The notes beneath the pieces are model-generated. The model had not been told where the DNA came from, did not search any database, and saw only the letters and a list, made by a program, of their open reading frames with translations. DNA of 38,673 nucleotides from Deltaproteobacteria bacterium. Lineage in GTDB: Bacteria; Desulfobacterota; Binatia; UBA12015. Below are positions 35,117 through 38,673 of the stretch, one piece after another (position 1 is the stretch's first letter; the number at the start of each line of letters is the position of its first letter). A program made the position numbers and the translations under genes. Location of the stretch: contig JAYGCM010000072.1 in assembly GCA_046583355.1 (NCBI GenBank), positions 1 to 38,673 of the forward strand, in the 5' to 3' direction.

Positions 35117-37834
35117 ATGGCCAAGAAGGCGACCACCAAGAAAGCGACCCGCAAGAAGACGACCGGCAAGAGGGCAACCACCAAGAGGACGACCGGCAAG
35201 AAGACCGGCACGAGGGTTGCCCGCTCACGGACCCCGTCTGCCGCCGGTAAGCAATTGGTGATCGTCGAGAGTCCGGCAAAAGCCAAGACAATCAACCGCT
35301 ATCTCGGTCCCGAGTTCGTGGTGACCGCTTCGATCGGACACATCCGCGACCTTCCGAGCCGAGCGCCAAAGGGATCGAAGCAACCGGTTCCTGGCGTTGA
35401 TCTTGAGAACGATTTCGAGCCCACCTACGAGGTCCTCGACTCCAAGAGGACCACCGTCGCCGATCTGAAAAGAGCGGCCAAGGGAGCGACCGAGATCTGG
35501 TTCGCGACCGATCTCGACCGCGAGGGAGAGGCCATCGCATGTCATCTCGCCACCATCCTGGGAGTCCCTGCCTCCAAGGCGAAACGGGTCGTTTTCAACG
35601 CGATCACCAAGACCGATATCGAGCGGGCTTTCCAGTCACCGGTGCCCATCGACGAAGACAAGGTCAACGCGCAGCAGGCCCGTCGAATCCTGGACCGGAT
35701 CGTCGGCTACCAGGCTTCGCCGCTATTGTGGAAGAAGGTCCTGAGAGGATTGTCGGCCGGCCGGGTCCAGTCCGTCGCAACGCGACTGATCATCGAACGG
35801 GAACGCGAGATCGACGCCTTCATTCCCAATGAGAGCTGGGAGGTCGGGGTAAAGCTGGCGCTCGACCCGTCCGCCGCTCCGCAACTCACCGCGGCGTGGG
35901 CCAGCGTCATGGCCGAGCGCGACGACCAGGGACGCACGCCCAGCATCAAGCGGCAAAACGCCTGGCTCTCCGAGAATAAGGGCCTGCGCACAGAGCTCGT
36001 CGAATTGGGCGGCAAAAAGTTCGCCCTCGGTTGCAAGAACGACGCAATCGAGGACCTCTCGGCGAAGATCCTGGCGATCGCCGCGAGCGTGGGCCTGGAA
36101 GGGCCTAGCGTCGATTCCACCGAAAACCCCGAGGGCAAGGGACCTGCTCGGTTCGTCCGCACGGTGAGCGGACGTATCGGAGACGACGTCCGGTACGCTG
36201 TCGACGGCATCGAGACGACCCGCAAATCCTCGAAGCCCTTCCCGCCCTATATCACCAGTACGCTCCAGGTCGCCGCCAGCAATGTGCTCGGCTTCACCGC
36301 AGACCGCACAATGCGGATCGCCCAGCAGCTCTACATGGGCCTCGATGTCCCCGGCGAAGGCCAGGTGGGTCTCATCACCTACATGAGAACCGACTCGACC
36401 CACCTCTCGGGCGACGCGCTCGCGATGGCCCGCGAGTACGTCGGCAAGCGCCATGGCGACGCCTACTTGCCCGAGAAGCCGCGCTTCTACGGCTCGAGCA
36501 ACAAGGCCGCCCAGGAGGCTCACGAGGCAATCCGCCCGACGGATCCGCGACGAACCCCCGACCAGGTCAAGAACTCGCTCAACGAAGCCCAGCTCAAGCT
36601 CTACCGGCTGATCTGGAATCGCTTCGTCGCCTGCCAGATGACCGACGCGAAATGGGATTCGACTGCGATTCGATTCCGCCGCTCCGACCAAGACACCGGT
36701 GCGGTGCTGAAAGCGACCGGACGGGTGCTGGCGTTTGACGGCTGGACGCGGGTCGGCGGCGTCGCCACAAGCGACGAGCAGCTCCTTCCCAGCTTCAACA
36801 AAGGCGATCAGACCGCGCCGTTCGCCATCGCCCCGCGGCAGAAATTCTCCTCTCCCCCGCCCCGCTACAACGAGGGCTCGCTGGTCAAGAAGCTTGAGGA
36901 CGAGGGCATTGGAAGGCCGTCGACCTACGCCTCGATCATCAAGGTGATCCAGGACCGGGGCTACGTCGAGAAGGAGGGCAAAGCCTTCCATGCGACCGAC
37001 GTCGGCGAAGTCGTCACCGATTTCATGATCGAGGCCTTTCCCGGACTCATGGACTTCGGCTACACCCGCGAGCTTGAGAAACGGCTCGATGAGATCGCGG
37101 AGAACCGGGTCGACTGGAAGACCATGCTGCGCGAGTTCCACGGTCCTTTCAAGGAAGCGTTGGAGCGGGCTCACGAGGAGATGCCGCACGCCAAATCGAT
37201 CAAGCGGCCAGCTCCCTACGCCTGCCCGAAGTGCGCAGCCACCACCTGCTATCAATTCGGCAAGAACGGCTACTTCCTGAGCTGCACCGCCTACCCGGAC
37301 TGCAACTACGCGGCGCCGATCGACCGATCCGGCCGCCCCCTGCTCCCCGAGATGGTGGATATCAAATGCCCCGAAGACGGCGCCCAGATGATCCTGCGCA
37401 CCGGCCGTTTCGGCAAATTCCTGGCGAGCCCCAACTACCCGGACACGAAGTTCGTCCTCAACCTGGACAAGAAGGAATGCCTGAAGTTCCCGTCGGCTCC
37501 GCCCCTGGTTGTGGAGCTCGACTGCCCGAAATGCGAGTCGAAGCCGCTCAACCTGCGCGACGGCAAAAGAGGAGCTTGGCTTGGCTGTTCGGGCTTCCCG
37601 AAATGCCGCGGAAGAGAAAGCTTCGCCAAGCTCGACGAACCCGTGCGCAAAAAGCTTGAAAAAGATCTCGCCGATCATCTCAAGGCGCACCCCATCCCAG
37701 AGATCGTCCGCATGGACGGAACACCCATCGCCGAAGGCATCCTTATCTCCGAGCTTGTCGTTCCGGGCCTCCTCCAGGACCTGCCGATCCACCCCGACGG
37801 AGTCGAAGGCACCTCGCCGCGCAAGGCAAGCTGA
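35117..37834 (+). CDS. topA: DNA topoisomerase I (type IA)
   Basis: LVIVESPAKAKTI, TOPRIM ATDLDREGE, SAGRVQS, active site GLITYMRTDS, AHEAIRPT, GIGRPSTYA, C-terminal zinc ribbons. Confidence 0.97.
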   Translation: MAKKATTKKATRKKTTGKRATTKRTTGKKTGTRVARSRTPSAAGKQLVIVESPAKAKTINRYLGPEFVVTASIGHIRDLPSRAPKGSKQPVPGVDLENDFEPTYEVLDSKRTTVADLKRAAKGATEIWFATDLDREGEAIACHLATILGVPASKAKRVVFNAITKTDIERAFQSPVPIDEDKVNAQQARRILDRIVGYQASPLLWKKVLRGLSAGRVQSVATRLIIEREREIDAFIPNESWEVGVKLALDPSAAPQLTAAWASVMAERDDQGRTPSIKRQNAWLSENKGLRTELVELGGKKFALGCKNDAIEDLSAKILAIAASVGLEGPSVDSTENPEGKGPARFVRTVSGRIGDDVRYAVDGIETTRKSSKPFPPYITSTLQVAASNVLGFTADRTMRIAQQLYMGLDVPGEGQVGLITYMRTDSTHLSGDALAMAREYVGKRHGDAYLPEKPRFYGSSNKAAQEAHEAIRPTDPRRTPDQVKNSLNEAQLKLYRLIWNRFVACQMTDAKWDSTAIRFRRSDQDTGAVLKATGRVLAFDGWTRVGGVATSDEQLLPSFNKGDQTAPFAIAPRQKFSSPPPRYNEGSLVKKLEDEGIGRPSTYASIIKVIQDRGYVEKEGKAFHATDVGEVVTDFMIEAFPGLMDFGYTRELEKRLDEIAENRVDWKTMLREFHGPFKEALERAHEEMPHAKSIKRPAPYACPKCAATTCYQFGKNGYFLSCTAYPDCNYAAPIDRSGRPLLPEMVDIKCPEDGAQMILRTGRFGKFLASPNYPDTKFVLNLDKKECLKFPSAPPLVVELDCPKCESKPLNLRDGKRGAWLGCSGFPKCRGRESFAKLDEPVRKKLEKDLADHLKAHPIPEIVRMDGTPIAEGILISELVVPGLLQDLPIHPDGVEGTSPRKAS
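35123..35209 (+). repeat. Degenerate 15-bp tandem repeat encoding K(K/R)(A/T)T(T/R/G) units at the TopA N-terminus
   Basis: aagaaggcgaccacc aagaaagcgacccgc aagaagacgaccggc aagagggcaaccacc aagaggacgaccggc aagaagaccggc. Confidence 0.8.
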
Positions 37835-37903
37835 GGGGCGCGTTTCTTACCCAGCTTCGGCGAGCCTTCTCGACGTAGCCTACGCCTAAGGTAAGACGAG
37901 TCC

Positions 37904-38380
37904 ATGTTCGGCGTCTCCGGAATGCAATCGTTTTGGCTTTGGTTTGGCCTCGTTTTGGCTTTGGCCGAGTTCGTCGTGCCTGGCCTGGTTGTGGTTTTCG
38001 TCGGGATGGGAGCCATGACCGTGGCCTTGTTTCTTTCCCTGGGCTGGATCGAGCATCTGCCCGCGCAGTTTACGACCTGGTTTATTGCTTCGATGCTCTA
38101 CACCGTATTTTTGCGAATGGCCGTGCTCCATTTTTTTCCGATGGATACGATTCGACAAGAAATCGACGACATCAAACAAGATATTGGCACACGGGCACGG
38201 GTGACTGAAAAAATATCAGGCTCTGCGGCCGGAAGAATTCAGCACCGAGAATCAACATGGCCGGCAATCCTCCCCGATTCGCAAGAGGCCTTGCCGGGCG
38301 AAGAAGTCCGAATCACTGGCCGCGACAATTTGACCTGGAAGGTCGAGCTTCCAAACACAAAGGAAACTGAATCATGCTGA
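37904..38380 (+). CDS. NfeD-family (short, YbbJ-like) membrane protein
   Basis: W..FGLVLALAEFVVPG TM region; C-terminal OB-like IGTRARV...GRI...STWPA...GEEVRITGRDNLT; upstream of an SPFH gene. Confidence 0.88.
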   Translation: MFGVSGMQSFWLWFGLVLALAEFVVPGLVVVFVGMGAMTVALFLSLGWIEHLPAQFTTWFIASMLYTVFLRMAVLHFFPMDTIRQEIDDIKQDIGTRARVTEKISGSAAGRIQHRESTWPAILPDSQEALPGEEVRITGRDNLTWKVELPNTKETESC

Positions 38381-38673
38381 CACTAAGCTCTGTGATCGTC
38401 TTGCTGGCTGCGCTCGTGATCTTCAAGACAATCATCATTGTTCCCGAGCGCGAACATGTAATCGTCGAGCGGCTGGGGAAATTTCAAAGAACCCTCAAAC
38501 CGGGAATCTATTTTCTAATCCCATTTTTCGATAAAGCGGCCTACAGGCAAGAAATCCGCGAACAAGTCATCGATATTCCGTCGCAAAGCGTGATCACCAG
38601 CGACAACATCCAAGTCGAAATTGATGGGCTTCTTTACCTCCAGGTCACGAACGCGAAAAATGCAAGCTACGGC
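38374..38673 (+). CDS. SPFH/band-7 (stomatin/QmcA-like) protein, 3'-partial
   Basis: Translated by hand from ATG 38374: MLTLSSVIVLLAALVIFKTIIIVPEREHVIVERLGKFQRTLKPGIYFLIPFFDK...QSVITSDNIQVEIDGLLYLQV; SD AAGGA; runs off the window. Confidence 0.9.
   Translation, partial: MLTLSSVIVLLAALVIFKTIIIVPEREHVIVERLGKFQRTLKPGIYFLIPFFDKAAYRQEIREQVIDIPSQSVITSDNIQVEIDGLLYLQVTNAKNASYG

Noticed and set aside
35723..37792. 689-aa minus-strand ORF
   Set aside because: Antisense shadow of topA.

Overview
GC-rich bacterial chromosomal window, gene-dense, with no rRNA, tRNA, CRISPR array, transposase or integrase recognised. Gene content suggests a deltaproteobacterial or Binatota-like organism (inference only). 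From left to right: a 5'-truncated aldo/keto reductase; an acyl-CoA synthetase-like gene divergent from a TetR-containing operon (D-2-hydroxyacid dehydrogenase, cupin, TetR, four-subunit 2-oxoacid:ferredoxin oxidoreductase); a YhaO/YhaN-like nuclease plus SMC-type ATPase pair; a split-barrel protein; a DUF3604 lipoprotein; a tiny secreted Cys/His-rich peptide; a DUF2779 double nuclease; an IsdG-like monooxygenase; a methyltransferase; an ACP-acyltransferase-VOC-pcs lipid operon; a TetR; a menaquinone operon (menG-F-D-H-A-C-E, no menB) headed by a MerR regulator; clpB; a small membrane protein; a standalone HINT (intein-like) protein; a sigma54-driven hypothetical gene; topA; and a lower-GC nfeD-SPFH pair running off the end. 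Highlights: (1) a free-standing intein-fold protein that has lost its splicing residues, divergent from a gene with a consensus sigma54 promoter and two tandem enhancer-like palindromes; (2) a MerR-type 19-bp-spacer promoter with a perfect 14-bp palindrome driving a MerR-menaquinone operon; (3) an exported metallothionein-like peptide starting His-Cys; (4) a recurrent AGGTAAG-N8-ATG start motif; (5) several enzymes with substituted catalytic residues. All family assignments come from motif recognition by eye, not database searches.
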